NCBI GenBank assembly: GCA_964400355.1
Contig: CAYNTO010000013.1
Location: 8,041-72,040 of the forward strand
DNA from: an uncultured Pseudobdellovibrionaceae bacterium
Lineage (GTDB): Bacteria > Bdellovibrionota > Bdellovibrionia > Bdellovibrionales > JAGQZY01
DNA: 64,000 bases
Direction: 5' to 3'
Numbering within the stretch: the first letter of the stretch is position 1; every line of letters begins with the position of its first letter. The notes under the pieces are model-generated. The model was not told the DNA's origin and searched no databases. It was given only the letters and a program-made list of their open reading frames with translations. Positions 47,702 through 57,309 of this stretch are shown here, piece after piece. The position numbers and the translations under genes were made by a program.

Positions 47702-48903
47702 TGCTCCAACGCCGTAATTCCGGGAAGGTCTTTGCCCTCCATATACTCGAGGCTGGCACCGCCACCCGTGGAGATGTGCGTGAACTTGGCGGCATAGCCC
47801 GACTCCACGGCAGCGGCTGCGGAATCACCACCGCCAATCACGGTAAAAGCATCGGTCTCAGCAATTGTTTTGGCAATGGCGAACGACCCTTCGTTGAACG
47901 GAGGAATTTCGTAAACACCCATAGGGCCATTCCAGAAAATCGTCTTGCACTTAGAAAGTTCTTTCTGAAAAAGTTCGCGGGTTTTAGGACCGATGTCCAC
48001 GGCCATCCAGCCCGGCTCAATGTCCGCCTCCTTGGTGGTTTGCCGTCCTGCGGGAGCGTCGAGCGATTTCACGATCACGTGATCGACTGGCAATAGAACT
48101 TTTTTGTCGCGCGCGTCGAGTCGTTTGAGCAGCTCTTTGGCATAATCCACTTTGCCCTCTTCGACGCGGGACGAACCGACCAACGTGCCTTGAGCACGCA
48201 TAAACGTGTAGGCCATCGCTCCGCCGATAACGAGCAGATCTATTTTGTTGATCATGTTTTCGATCACGCCAATTTTGTCGCTCACTTTACTTCCACCCAA
48301 AACCAATGCAAACGGTACCGGCGCAGAATCGCGAACCTTTTTGAGGACTTCAATTTCTTTTTCCACCAAGAAACCGGGCGCCTTGATCTTCATAATGCGC
48401 GGGAGTGCATCGATGCTGGCATGAGCACGATGGCAAGATCCGTAAGCGTCGTTGACATACACGTCCACAAACTTCGCCCACTTTTGCGCCAGAGCATTGT
48501 CGTTGGTCTCTTCACCCTTTGCGAAACGGAGATTTTCGAGCAAAAGCACTTTATCGAATTTGCCTTCCGCTAATAGACCGCGAGGCGCATCCGAATCAGG
48601 ACCGTCGATAAGCACCACTTCTTTTTTTAATTTTTCGACGAGCGCTGTCGCCACTGGCTCCAGAGAAAAATTCTTTTTGTCTTCTGCAGTGTTGCCTTTG
48701 GGCCGCCCTAAGTGGGAACCAATCATCACGCGGCATCCTTGATCCAACAGATATTGAATGGTGGGTAGCGCTTCGCGAATGCGGGTATCATCAATAATTT
48801 TGCCGTCCTTCATGGGCACGTTGAGATCCAGGCGCAAAAACACTTTTTTGTCCTTGAGATTCTCCAGTTCCTTGAGCGGCTTGATGACCTTACTAGTTGC
48901 CAC
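47698..48903 (-). CDS. pgk: phosphoglycerate kinase
   Basis: RLDLNVP, and GGGDSAAA near the C-terminus. Confidence 0.97.
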   Translation of the reverse strand: MATSKVIKPLKELENLKDKKVFLRLDLNVPMKDGKIIDDTRIREALPTIQYLLDQGCRVMIGSHLGRPKGNTAEDKKNFSLEPVATALVEKLKKEVVLIDGPDSDAPRGLLAEGKFDKVLLLENLRFAKGEETNDNALAQKWAKFVDVYVNDAYGSCHRAHASIDALPRIMKIKAPGFLVEKEIEVLKKVRDSAPVPFALVLGGSKVSDKIGVIENMINKIDLLVIGGAMAYTFMRAQGTLVGSSRVEEGKVDYAKELLKRLDARDKKVLLPVDHVIVKSLDAPAGRQTTKEADIEPGWMAVDIGPKTRELFQKELSKCKTIFWNGPMGVYEIPPFNEGSFAIAKTIAETDAFTVIGGGDSAAAAVESGYAAKFTHISTGGGASLEYMEGKDLPGITALEQ

Positions 48904-49909
48904 TGATGGCCTCCACCGAGTTCATGTAAAGCGCCAGATCCACCATACGGCAGGAAAAACCGTACTCGTTGTCGTACCAGGAGAGAACTTTGATAAAACG
49001 TTTATCGAGAGCTACGGTGCTCGGAATGTCGACGATCGAGCTTGCTGGATTTCCATTAAAGTCGATGCTCACCAGTTCATTGGTTTCGCACGCGAGTACA
49101 CCTTTAAGCTCTCCAGCGGCAGCGTCTTGAAACGCTTGGTTCACTTCGTCAATGGTCACATCTTTGAGCAGCTGTACATTGAGATCTACAAGACTCACGT
49201 TTTGCGTGGGAACACGCACGGAGATGCCGTGGATTTTACCTTTAAGAGCGGGCATCACCTCACCCACCGCTTTTGCCGCGCCGGTTGTCGTTGGAATCAT
49301 CGACGCCGAGGCCGTGCGCGCACGGCGGTAGTCATTGTGATGGCTATCGAGAATGCGTTGATCGTTGGTGAAGGCGTGAATGGTGGTGACCAATCCTTTT
49401 TCGATCCCAAATGTGTCATTAAGAACTTTTGCGACCGGTGCTAAACAATTTGTAGTGCAGGAGGCATTGGACACCACCGTGTGCTTTTTGGGATCATAGG
49501 CTTTGTGGTTCACTCCGTAAACGATGGTTTGATCCACTTTCGCGGGTGCGGATACAATTACTTTTTTTGCGCCCGCACGAATGTGCGCCATGTTCTCTTC
49601 GGTATTTTTAAAAGCGCCGGTGCACTCGAACACGACATCAACACCCAGATCTTTCCAAGGCAGCTTGCTCGCATCGCGATCGCAAGTGACGAGAATTTTT
49701 TTGCCATCGATGATGACGTGTTTTTCATCGGAACTCACACTTTTTGCAAACGTACCGTGTGTGCTGTCGTACTTGAGCATGTGAGCGTGATCCACAGGAG
49801 TTCCGTTGGAGTTGTTAATGGCGACGATCTCCACTTTGTCGAAAGCCGCTCTCGTGAGAACTCGTCCGATTCGTCCAAAACCATTGATCGCCACACGCAA
49901 CTTAGCCAT
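48893..49909 (-). CDS. gap: glyceraldehyde-3-phosphate dehydrogenase
   Basis: INGFGRIGR and the SNASCTTNCLAP active site. Confidence 0.97.
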   Translation of the reverse strand: MAKLRVAINGFGRIGRVLTRAAFDKVEIVAINNSNGTPVDHAHMLKYDSTHGTFAKSVSSDEKHVIIDGKKILVTCDRDASKLPWKDLGVDVVFECTGAFKNTEENMAHIRAGAKKVIVSAPAKVDQTIVYGVNHKAYDPKKHTVVSNASCTTNCLAPVAKVLNDTFGIEKGLVTTIHAFTNDQRILDSHHNDYRRARTASASMIPTTTGAAKAVGEVMPALKGKIHGISVRVPTQNVSLVDLNVQLLKDVTIDEVNQAFQDAAAGELKGVLACETNELVSIDFNGNPASSIVDIPSTVALDKRFIKVLSWYDNEYGFSCRMVDLALYMNSVEAISGN

Positions 49910-50204
49910 TTTAACTCCTTGAAAATAATAACGATTCCACGGTTGTAAAGGACGGCGCCCGAGGTGTCAAACACCTCAGGACCAGTATTGAAGACAAATT
50001 TTTTTTCGCCTCTGATAAAACTGCGTTTTGAGAGGGCAATTTGAAAATATGTGAAGGAGTGTTTTGGTTTTTTACGGTTCGATCAACCAAGCGGCATATA
50101 TTCGATCCTACAGGCGATTTTCGGGGCCCGTAAATTGCTCTTTAAAAAACCAAAGACTGAGTTTTACCCACGCGCCCAATGGTCGCCCCACTCAAGGAGT
50201 TCAC

Positions 50205-50450
50205 ATGATCAATTCCACCGCCGTTTTCGCAATAATGCTGGCCAGCATCATCATGATTGGAGCCCAGATTCGCCGCCTACAACAACGCGTAAAAGACTTA
50301 GAAGGCGATCAGGACAAGATACGTGACTTTGTAGGCATGAACGATGACACGATGGACTCCGTGGTTCAGCTGCTCAAAGCAGATCAGTTGGACGAAGCGG
50401 TTCAGCTCATTAAGCTCCACCAAAATAAGCGACCGCACCTGATATTCTGA
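50205..50450 (+). CDS. small membrane protein (81 aa)
   Basis: ATG 50205 is preceded by AAGGAG. One TM (AVFAIMLASIIMIGA) followed by a helical tail. The upstream part of the track ORF looks non-coding. Confidence 0.5.
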   Translation: MINSTAVFAIMLASIIMIGAQIRRLQQRVKDLEGDQDKIRDFVGMNDDTMDSVVQLLKADQLDEAVQLIKLHQNKRPHLIF

Positions 50451-50489
50451 TCGATCGTGATTAACATCTCTGCAGGCTCAACACTTCCG

Positions 50490-51314
50490 CTACGGAAGTC
50501 GCGGTAGCTTTGCAAACATGGCGTCTGCATTGGCATTGGTGGCGCGTGAGAGTTCTTCGAGCGAAACGTTCTTTAACTGCGCGACCACATCGGCCGTGAA
50601 CGGCACCAAATGCGGCGAATTTTTATCGCCGCGAAACGGCGTCGGCGCCAAGTAGGGAGCGTCGGTTTCGACGTGCAGACGATCGAGAGGCACAGCCTTC
50701 ACCGTTTCCTTAAGATCTTCCGCTTTTTTAAAGGTAACAATCCCGCTAATAGAAATATTAAATCCTAAATCCAAAGCCGCCATGGCCAAATTTTTAGTGC
50801 CCGTAAAACAGTGGAGCACTCCCTTCACCTTTCCGTGGAATTCTTTAAGAATAAGCTGGGTGTCTTCCTCCGCATCGCGCGTGTGGATCTCGACTGGAAG
50901 TCCTAAATCCTGAGCCATCTTCAGTTGACGGCGAAACACATCGCGCTGAACAGACGGCTCCGAATGCGAGTAAAAATAATCCAAACCGATCTCGCCAATG
51001 GCGACCACCTCTTTACGGATGGCATTTTTACGAATGAATGCCTCGATCTCGTCAGTGAATTTTTCGGCCTCGTGCGGGTGTATGCCCAAAGTGCAAACCA
51101 CATGGGGATAATGCTTTTCAGCCAAGTCGAGAACTGTTTGTAAATCGCCAGGCTCAGTGCCAATGGTGATGAGGCGGCGCACGTTGGCCTCTTTGCAGAG
51201 CTTGAGTGTCTCCTCAGGGGTACGTTCGAGAAAATTGAGATGAGTGTGAATATCTGTCCACGGGTGTTTTACCAACTCGGGAGTTTTTAAAATTTCTTGT
51301 TCAAACGAAGCCAT
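50490..51314 (-). CDS. tatD: TatD-family metal-dependent hydrolase
   Basis: DIHTHLNF, GEIGLDY, HCFTG and ETDAPYL. The ATG 51314 start has an AAGGAAG RBS. Confidence 0.88.
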   Translation of the reverse strand: MASFEQEILKTPELVKHPWTDIHTHLNFLERTPEETLKLCKEANVRRLITIGTEPGDLQTVLDLAEKHYPHVVCTLGIHPHEAEKFTDEIEAFIRKNAIRKEVVAIGEIGLDYFYSHSEPSVQRDVFRRQLKMAQDLGLPVEIHTRDAEEDTQLILKEFHGKVKGVLHCFTGTKNLAMAALDLGFNISISGIVTFKKAEDLKETVKAVPLDRLHVETDAPYLAPTPFRGDKNSPHLVPFTADVVAQLKNVSLEELSRATNANADAMFAKLPRLP

Positions 51315-51416
51315 ATTTACTTCCTTATGCACCGCTGGCGCAATTTATCGACCACACATTTTCGGCGGCTCATTTTTGAATTCAACCCATCAGTAAACTT
51401 CGGCCGGGCCGAAAGC

Positions 51417-52346
51417 CTACACACTCAATGTGATGGCCAAATTCTCGAGAATCAGGTTTTTATCCACGTTTCCGCTGTAATCACTGCGCGCCGAAAAGAG
51501 CGCGTCTATGCCATCTCTAATTTTACGATTTTCTGCGAATTTTCGCACGAAGTTTTCGATGTCTTTGTTGTAAAAGGGAATGTTCGCATCTTCTTGCACG
51601 GCGAGAGCGTCGCGCAGGTAGGTCATCCAGGTGTGAAAAATGTATTCCACTTTTTGGCCGTCAGTAAACTCCTTGTGAAGCGCATCGTAGACCTGTTTGT
51701 CATTGGGTTTGTGCAAAAAATTAATGGAAACCTGGCGAAGTTTTTGCCAGTCCTCTTCGACAATTTTTTGCGCCAGGGACACCCTTCCAAAACTCCACAG
51801 AACTTGCCATGTGTTGAGCTCCGGCACAATTTTCTGCAGCTCTTCCTGATTCAGTCCGGAAAAGCTAATCACCTGACAGCGCGAACGAATAGTAGGAAGC
51901 AGCACGGACAAATTGGAAGTGATCAAAATAAAATGCATGCCCTCGGGCGGCTCTTCAATCGATTTTAAAAGTGCATTGGCAGCCTGGGGAGTGAGCTTTT
52001 CGGCCTGGTCGATAATGACGAACCTATGGCGCAATTGGGAGCGCAGGGACAGATAATCGAGCACATCGCGGACTTGTTCAATTTTAATGCGCTCACCATC
52101 GGGTTCCATCAAATGATACCCCTCGTTCGGCACAACTGTGAAACGCACGCATTGAGAGCAAACTCCACAGGCGGGAGTGTTTTCGCAGTTGGCCTCTTGT
52201 GCGAGTCCCAATGCTATTTTCTTTTTACCCACGCCTTCGGGCCCGGAAAAAATCGCACTGCCAAACAGTGTTCCGCTGTGCAAGCTATCCAATAAGGAAT
52301 TGATCTTTTGGTGATGACCGATAACGGCGTCTAATTGCCGAGCCAT
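51417..52346 (-). CDS. holB: DNA polymerase III delta-prime subunit
   Basis: SGPEGVGKKK P-loop-like, zinc-module-like CGVCSQC, and TIRSRCQ (SRC motif). Confidence 0.85.
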   Translation of the reverse strand: MARQLDAVIGHHQKINSLLDSLHSGTLFGSAIFSGPEGVGKKKIALGLAQEANCENTPACGVCSQCVRFTVVPNEGYHLMEPDGERIKIEQVRDVLDYLSLRSQLRHRFVIIDQAEKLTPQAANALLKSIEEPPEGMHFILITSNLSVLLPTIRSRCQVISFSGLNQEELQKIVPELNTWQVLWSFGRVSLAQKIVEEDWQKLRQVSINFLHKPNDKQVYDALHKEFTDGQKVEYIFHTWMTYLRDALAVQEDANIPFYNKDIENFVRKFAENRKIRDGIDALFSARSDYSGNVDKNLILENLAITLSV

Positions 52347-52969
52347 CCGAGCCTTTCAAAATGTTTTGCGGTCTGTGCAAACAGGTCATCGGGTGTTTTC
52401 ATACCATCGAGTACAAGCCACCCCTTTGGATTCTCTTTCGCTTGTAGCAAATAACCCTGGCGCACCCGCTCGTGAAAATCGAATGCCTCTTGCTCCATGC
52501 GATCGGCTTTGGAACCGTCGGTGGACTGGCGGCGGTTCAGCCGCTTTTGACTCTCCTCAACCGTGATATCAATAAACACAACGAGATCGGGCACTAATCC
52601 ATCGCAGGCATAGTTGTTGAGCCAGTCGATATCGCCGCGGCCGAGATTGCGCGCCACCGCCTGAAAGGCCACGGTCGAAGAATAAAAGCGATCACTCAAT
52701 ACCCACGTCTGCGACTTTAAAGCGGGCGCAATCACCTCGTCCACAAGCTGTGCGCGCGCGGCCTCATAGAGTAAAACCTCGGCGCGGGCGCACACTTTTT
52801 CCGAAGCATCGAGCAAAATTCCACGCACGCGCTCACTCACCGGAGTCGACCCTGGATCCCTCACAAAACAGATTTTGTGGTTCCCGTTTTGAACAAGATG
52901 TGCCTGGACTTTAGATATAAGCGTGGATTTTCCAGCGCCGTCCAAACCTTCAAAAACAATGAACTTCAT
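52331..52969 (-). CDS. tmk: thymidylate kinase
   Basis: MKFIVFEGLDGAGKST and a DRF/Y motif (LSDRFYSST). ATG 52969 is preferred over 53095. Confidence 0.95.
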   Translation of the reverse strand: MKFIVFEGLDGAGKSTLISKVQAHLVQNGNHKICFVRDPGSTPVSERVRGILLDASEKVCARAEVLLYEAARAQLVDEVIAPALKSQTWVLSDRFYSSTVAFQAVARNLGRGDIDWLNNYACDGLVPDLVVFIDITVEESQKRLNRRQSTDGSKADRMEQEAFDFHERVRQGYLLQAKENPKGWLVLDGMKTPDDLFAQTAKHFERLGWLGN

Positions 52970-53056
52970 AGGGGATTCCCTCACCTTGGTCGAGTTGATC
53001 CTCAAAATAGCATAAGGGGTTTTATTATCAAAAGAAATCTGCCGATAAATACTGTG

Positions 53057-53986
53057 ATGGCCAATCAAACCGTAAAAATTCTTATCGCGGATCACAACGT
53101 GACCACGTCAAAGAAATTAGCTACTTATCTTCAGGATAGTGGTTTTTCCGTAGTGTGTTTGCACGATGGTTTGCACGTGCCACAAAAAATCTTGGAATTT
53201 CGCCCCAATTTCATTCTCATCGACATGGTGTTGCCGGCCTTCTCGGGTTTTGAGTGCCTTACGTTTCTTAAGGCGCAGAACATATTGGAAAGTGCCTGCA
53301 AAGTGATCGTGATGTCGCAACACAACGCAAAACAAAATGTGGAAGCGTGCCTGTCTGCTGGTGCGAGCGATTACGTTGTAAAACCTGTGAACCCGATGGA
53401 TGTGCTCACGCGGGTGGCTCTTCACTTGCAAGCGCGCAAGAGACTGGCGCAAGTTGAAGAGATCGCAAACGATGACATTCGCCAGACCAATTACTACTTG
53501 CACCTCACTGAACTTCTCATCAAAGCGACAAGTGTAAAGGCCGACGACCATCAGGTGAAATTCCAATTGATCCGCATGCTGTCTTTGGCCATCAACGCTG
53601 TACGCATTTCGATGATCACGCTGGAGCCCACACCCACTGTGATTGCCTCCAGTGACAACGAAAAGTTCACCTCGTTTCAACTGCAGATCGAGAAATATCC
53701 TGAAGTGGATTACGTACAACGTACGGCAAAACCGCTGTTTATTGAAAGCCTCAAAGACGACGCCATGCTCGGTTTTATTAAAGACCAAATGAAGTCCGTG
53801 CACTTCAATTCGATGATCGTTCTGCCTATTTTTGAGAACCAAAAGCTCAAGGGCATCTTGTCCTCGCGACTCAAAGAATCCTCCAAGATTGCCGACGCCG
53901 AAATCCGCCTGTGCCAGATCGTTGCACAGTTGATCGGTAGCTATTGGTACCAAACTTCCCTCCGCAACACCAATAAGGCCGCCTAA
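53057..53986 (+). CDS. response regulator with a C-terminal sensory-like (possibly GAF-like) domain
   Basis: REC domain: KILIADHN, LIDMVLP, VMSQ, VKPV. About 180 aa of C-terminal domain with no recognised DNA-binding motif. ATG 53057 is preferred over 52877. Confidence 0.78.
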   Translation: MANQTVKILIADHNVTTSKKLATYLQDSGFSVVCLHDGLHVPQKILEFRPNFILIDMVLPAFSGFECLTFLKAQNILESACKVIVMSQHNAKQNVEACLSAGASDYVVKPVNPMDVLTRVALHLQARKRLAQVEEIANDDIRQTNYYLHLTELLIKATSVKADDHQVKFQLIRMLSLAINAVRISMITLEPTPTVIASSDNEKFTSFQLQIEKYPEVDYVQRTAKPLFIESLKDDAMLGFIKDQMKSVHFNSMIVLPIFENQKLKGILSSRLKESSKIADAEIRLCQIVAQLIGSYWYQTSLRNTNKAA

Positions 53987-53995
53987 GGCCCTTTT

Positions 53996-54017
53996 AGACG
54001 CTGCGTTACCAGCGTCT
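53996..54017 (+). terminator. possible terminator hairpin after the response regulator gene
   Basis: AGACGCTG-cgttac-CAGCGTCT. Only a weak T-rich tract follows. Confidence 0.35.
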
Positions 54018-54091
54018 TCACTACTATTTGCCACTACTATTATTTGATTGCTACACCCACTCCAGCTATATTCACAGTCTTTGGAGGAACC

Positions 54092-54523
54092 ATGATCGTA
54101 ACTGTGCTCGCCGTTTTACATATTCTTATCTGCGTTTTCTTAATTCTTTTGATCATGATTCAAGATCCAAAAGGTGGCTCCAACAGCCTCTTTGGCGCTG
54201 GCGGCTCCAACACAATTCTCGGCACTTCTGGCGGCGCAGATTTTATGACCAAGGTGACACGCTACACGGCGATCATCTTTGTCGGCATTTGTATTGCTCT
54301 CACGATTGCCACGCGTCCTTCTGGCAGCGGTGTGTTTTCGAAAAGCGCACTGACCACCGAAGCCGCGACTCCCGTAGAACCACTACCGGCTGATGCCTCT
54401 GCGCCAAAATCTGTAGAAGCACAAAGCGCCGAAACGGCAGCCAAGACTGTCGCTCCGGCACCTCCGCCAACGACAACGGCACCAGCAACTTCAGAAGCCC
54501 CTCCTAAAACAGAAAATAAGTAG
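54092..54523 (+). CDS. secG: preprotein translocase subunit SecG with an Ala/Pro-rich C-terminal extension
   Basis: LLIMIQDPKGGSNSLFGAGGSNTILG signature and a second TM. ATG 54092 is preceded by GGAGGA. Confidence 0.88.
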   Translation: MIVTVLAVLHILICVFLILLIMIQDPKGGSNSLFGAGGSNTILGTSGGADFMTKVTRYTAIIFVGICIALTIATRPSGSGVFSKSALTTEAATPVEPLPADASAPKSVEAQSAETAAKTVAPAPPPTTTAPATSEAPPKTENK

Positions 54524-54525
54524 TC

Positions 54526-55350
54526 GTGTCGAAAAAAACAGGAATCGTCTTTTTGATCCTTATTCTGGTGGCGAGCACCCTGTTTTTTCTGCCGAGCTCG
54601 ATTTTTGATTCCGTATTTAGTGGCGGCCCCGCACAAAGCCAAGGCGGAGTTCAAGCCGTTCAAGATGTCTATGGACGGGCCGAAAAGAAAAACGAAAAAT
54701 CATCGCAACTCGTAGCCGTATCTACCTCTTCGGATGTGGCCTCTGGTGATACGTTTTATACACATTCCGACAGCAAGGTGCTTTTTGCGTTTAATACTTC
54801 GTTTTGGCTCATGCCTCACTCAAAGATGGAGTTCGTAAAACAAAATGGCTCGTGGACGGCGAATCTTGTTTACGGTGATATCAAAAAAGTTTCCGAATCT
54901 GTGAATGACACAACTCGCCCCACTGTGGACATTGTGTTTTCCTCGCAAACCATCGAGACCGACACGTTTTCATCGTATGAGTTTGACCCCATCGAAATCG
55001 ACGTGAAAACTGGGGAGTTTAAAGACTTCTCTCCCGATGGCGCTATTCCGCAAAACATACTGGAAAAACAAATCTATCAGACGCTCGGCTTAAGTAAAAA
55101 ATATTTCGAAGGGTGTCTGATTCGTTACTATAAAAAAGCCAATGGCAATTTTGGAAACAGCGAAACGGTTTTCGAATTGACCATCGACATCACCGGGAAC
55201 ATCTCGAGCACGCGCATCGTGCGCTCCGATATTGCCGATGAGGATTACAAAAAATGCCTGCGCACTGTTCTTGAGCGCGTGCGCTTTCGCAATCTGCCCC
55301 TCAAAGAGCCGATGATCGCGCTCTTCCCGCTCTCCATCGAGATGCCTTAA
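54526..55350 (+). CDS. membrane-anchored hypothetical protein with an AgmX/TonB-C-like C-terminal domain
   Basis: N-terminal TM. The C-terminus (VFELTIDITGNISSTRIVRSDIADEDYKKCLRTVLERVRFRNLP) resembles TonB-C/AgmX-type domains. This is recalled from memory, not searched. Confidence 0.45.
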   Translation: MSKKTGIVFLILILVASTLFFLPSSIFDSVFSGGPAQSQGGVQAVQDVYGRAEKKNEKSSQLVAVSTSSDVASGDTFYTHSDSKVLFAFNTSFWLMPHSKMEFVKQNGSWTANLVYGDIKKVSESVNDTTRPTVDIVFSSQTIETDTFSSYEFDPIEIDVKTGEFKDFSPDGAIPQNILEKQIYQTLGLSKKYFEGCLIRYYKKANGNFGNSETVFELTIDITGNISSTRIVRSDIADEDYKKCLRTVLERVRFRNLPLKEPMIALFPLSIEMP

Positions 55351-55356
55351 TGCGCT

Positions 55357-56469
55357 TTATCTGTAGTCGTGAAGGTAGTCGATCCGCTCAGGCACCCAAG
55401 GCTCGTGTATACCCGACACCTCAAAGTTGCCGTCGCCATTGTCGGTGATGAGCTTCACAGGAGCAATGGAGGGCGTGTAGTCGGAATGGAGTAACCCTGC
55501 ACTCACCAAAGTGGGTTTGAGTGTCAGATAGGTCTGTTCGCCGATAATCTGCCGGCGAATGAGTTCGTCGAGTGAGCGCTGAAGCTCATCGACCGAGTAC
55601 GAATAGTTGATCAACAGATCTTTTCCCACCTGAAGCACGTGTTCTAAACCCAAGCGATTGTCCTGGTACAGATCGAGCGCGATCTGTAAGGCATTGTAAG
55701 ATGGAATCATACGCCGCCCGAATTTGAGGTAGTACTCCGGGTCCGTGTCTACTGCTAAATTGATATAAATTTTCTCGACCGGGTCTGCCACAGGAATTTG
55801 CGCGAGAGCACTATCAATGCGCACCAACTGCTCGTGAGTCACCTGGAAATTCTTAAGTACCCGTTCGCTCTCATCACCCGCTAGGCGGCGTGAGGCAAGA
55901 TCAGAATAAAGAGAGTAAATAATGGCGTCCGTTTCGCTATCATCACCCCACAACACCTGGGTGACATCGGCCTTTAGAAGCGTGCGCATATAGAGGAGTG
56001 CGCTCACTTTGTAGCCCACGTGTTGGCTCAGTTTCCAGAAACGCCCCGGCCAAAGATTTTTTAAGTTGTCTTTAAAGAAAATGCCTTGCGGGAGAATGTT
56101 GTCGCTTTCAAGCTTTTCGCGGATCTTTTTTTCCATCTGCGGAGGAGAGGCGGTAATAAAAAAAATGGGAAATGGCCCCTCACCTCTTTTTTGCTTCCAC
56201 GACTGCTTGAGCGCTCCCACGAGCGTGCCTGTACCGGGAACATTGTTGCGATGAAAATTGTCGGTGAATGAGACTCGGAAAATATCTTTGAGCGACTGCC
56301 AGTGCGTGTCCAGATAGGTTTTATCTAAATCCCAAACATATACTTCCTCAAACGAGGAAAATTCAGTGATGGGCGCATAACTAAAAAAGATGGCGTCCCC
56401 GATAATTTGCACTTGGCGTCGATTCTTACTCACATCTTGAATATAACTAATCTGAGCTCGAGAGTCCAC
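55357..56469 (-). CDS. HAD-like hydrolase-fold protein (App1/DUF2183-like?)
   Basis: DxDxT-like VWDLDKTYLD, FFITASPPQM and WGDDSETD motifs. Confidence 0.45.
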   Translation of the reverse strand: MDSRAQISYIQDVSKNRRQVQIIGDAIFFSYAPITEFSSFEEVYVWDLDKTYLDTHWQSLKDIFRVSFTDNFHRNNVPGTGTLVGALKQSWKQKRGEGPFPIFFITASPPQMEKKIREKLESDNILPQGIFFKDNLKNLWPGRFWKLSQHVGYKVSALLYMRTLLKADVTQVLWGDDSETDAIIYSLYSDLASRRLAGDESERVLKNFQVTHEQLVRIDSALAQIPVADPVEKIYINLAVDTDPEYYLKFGRRMIPSYNALQIALDLYQDNRLGLEHVLQVGKDLLINYSYSVDELQRSLDELIRRQIIGEQTYLTLKPTLVSAGLLHSDYTPSIAPVKLITDNGDGNFEVSGIHEPWVPERIDYLHDYR

Positions 56470-56553
56470 GAGGCGTCGGGGATACTCTCAAAATACCCGC
56501 CTTCTTGGCCTAAGGAGGTTGTCGACCCCACCGACCCGTGGTACCAACGAGGA

Positions 56554-57309
56554 ATGGCACGCCTAGACTTTCAACCGCAAACTGTACCACCGCAAGCGCT
56601 TCCGCAATGCGTGTGGAACACTCACATTTTGTGGGCGGGCTCCACTTCAAACTTGGCATCTCAGGATTTGAGCGGGCTCGCTTTTTCCACGGCAGTTGCG
56701 AGCATCTACACCGGGCTCAACTTTGGCGAAGTGGCCACTATCAGTGAATGGGCCACCGCCGCTGAGATCCAATACGATCGCGAAGCATTATTTGCGGCCT
56801 ACCAATTCCGCTACGATGCCAAAATGGAGAAGACCTTAAAATTGTGGTCCACTCTGCCATCAGCATTTCGCACCTGGGCTATCCAGCATGGCATTTCGAG
56901 CGGTGATCTCTATCCCCTGTGTGCCTTGAGAGAGGCCTCATCACTACATCCCGCCCTCCTCAAAATTGCAGGCCTCCAGGCTTCACGCTCTCAAGGCGTA
57001 CAACTGCTCGAACGTCTCACCGAATGCGCCCTACTCAATACCGATAGTGCTCTGTGGACGAAAAACTCGAGCTCCGTCTCCGATTGGATTCAGAATCTAA
57101 ATTCGATTCGCTTTCCGCAAACTCTTCACCGCGATTCCACTCGTCAAAATAAACTTTTAGTGGGCTGGCCCAAATCATTTTCAACGCGCTGGTTGCGCCA
57201 GGGCGATCGCTCCGGTGTGGAAGTGAAGTTCTTTGTGAGCTCTAAGCGGGAACTGGCGGAAAAGATCTCCACCCTCAATCGCGTGCACGAAGGTTTAAGC
57301 GATGAGTAG
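56554..57309 (+). CDS. hypothetical protein translationally coupled to the SPL-type radical SAM gene
   Basis: ORF ends 8 nt inside the next gene. Start is uncertain (track 56407 overlaps the convergent... divergent neighbour; ATG 56554 chosen). No motif recognised. Confidence 0.4.
   Translation: MARLDFQPQTVPPQALPQCVWNTHILWAGSTSNLASQDLSGLAFSTAVASIYTGLNFGEVATISEWATAAEIQYDREALFAAYQFRYDAKMEKTLKLWSTLPSAFRTWAIQHGISSGDLYPLCALREASSLHPALLKIAGLQASRSQGVQLLERLTECALLNTDSALWTKNSSSVSDWIQNLNSIRFPQTLHRDSTRQNKLLVGWPKSFSTRWLRQGDRSGVEVKFFVSSKRELAEKISTLNRVHEGLSDE

Noticed and set aside
48758-49948. Plus-strand ORFs of 228 and 155 aa
   Set aside because: They are antisense to gap and the start of pgk, so they are shadow ORFs.
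50075-50105. GGTTCGATC T-loop-like motif suggesting a tRNA
   Set aside because: No acceptor, D or anticodon arms can be drawn around it, and the stem is only 4 bp. It is not a tRNA.
53117-54034. 305-aa minus-strand ORF
   Set aside because: It is antisense to the response regulator gene, whose REC motifs are clear, and it has no RBS or motif.
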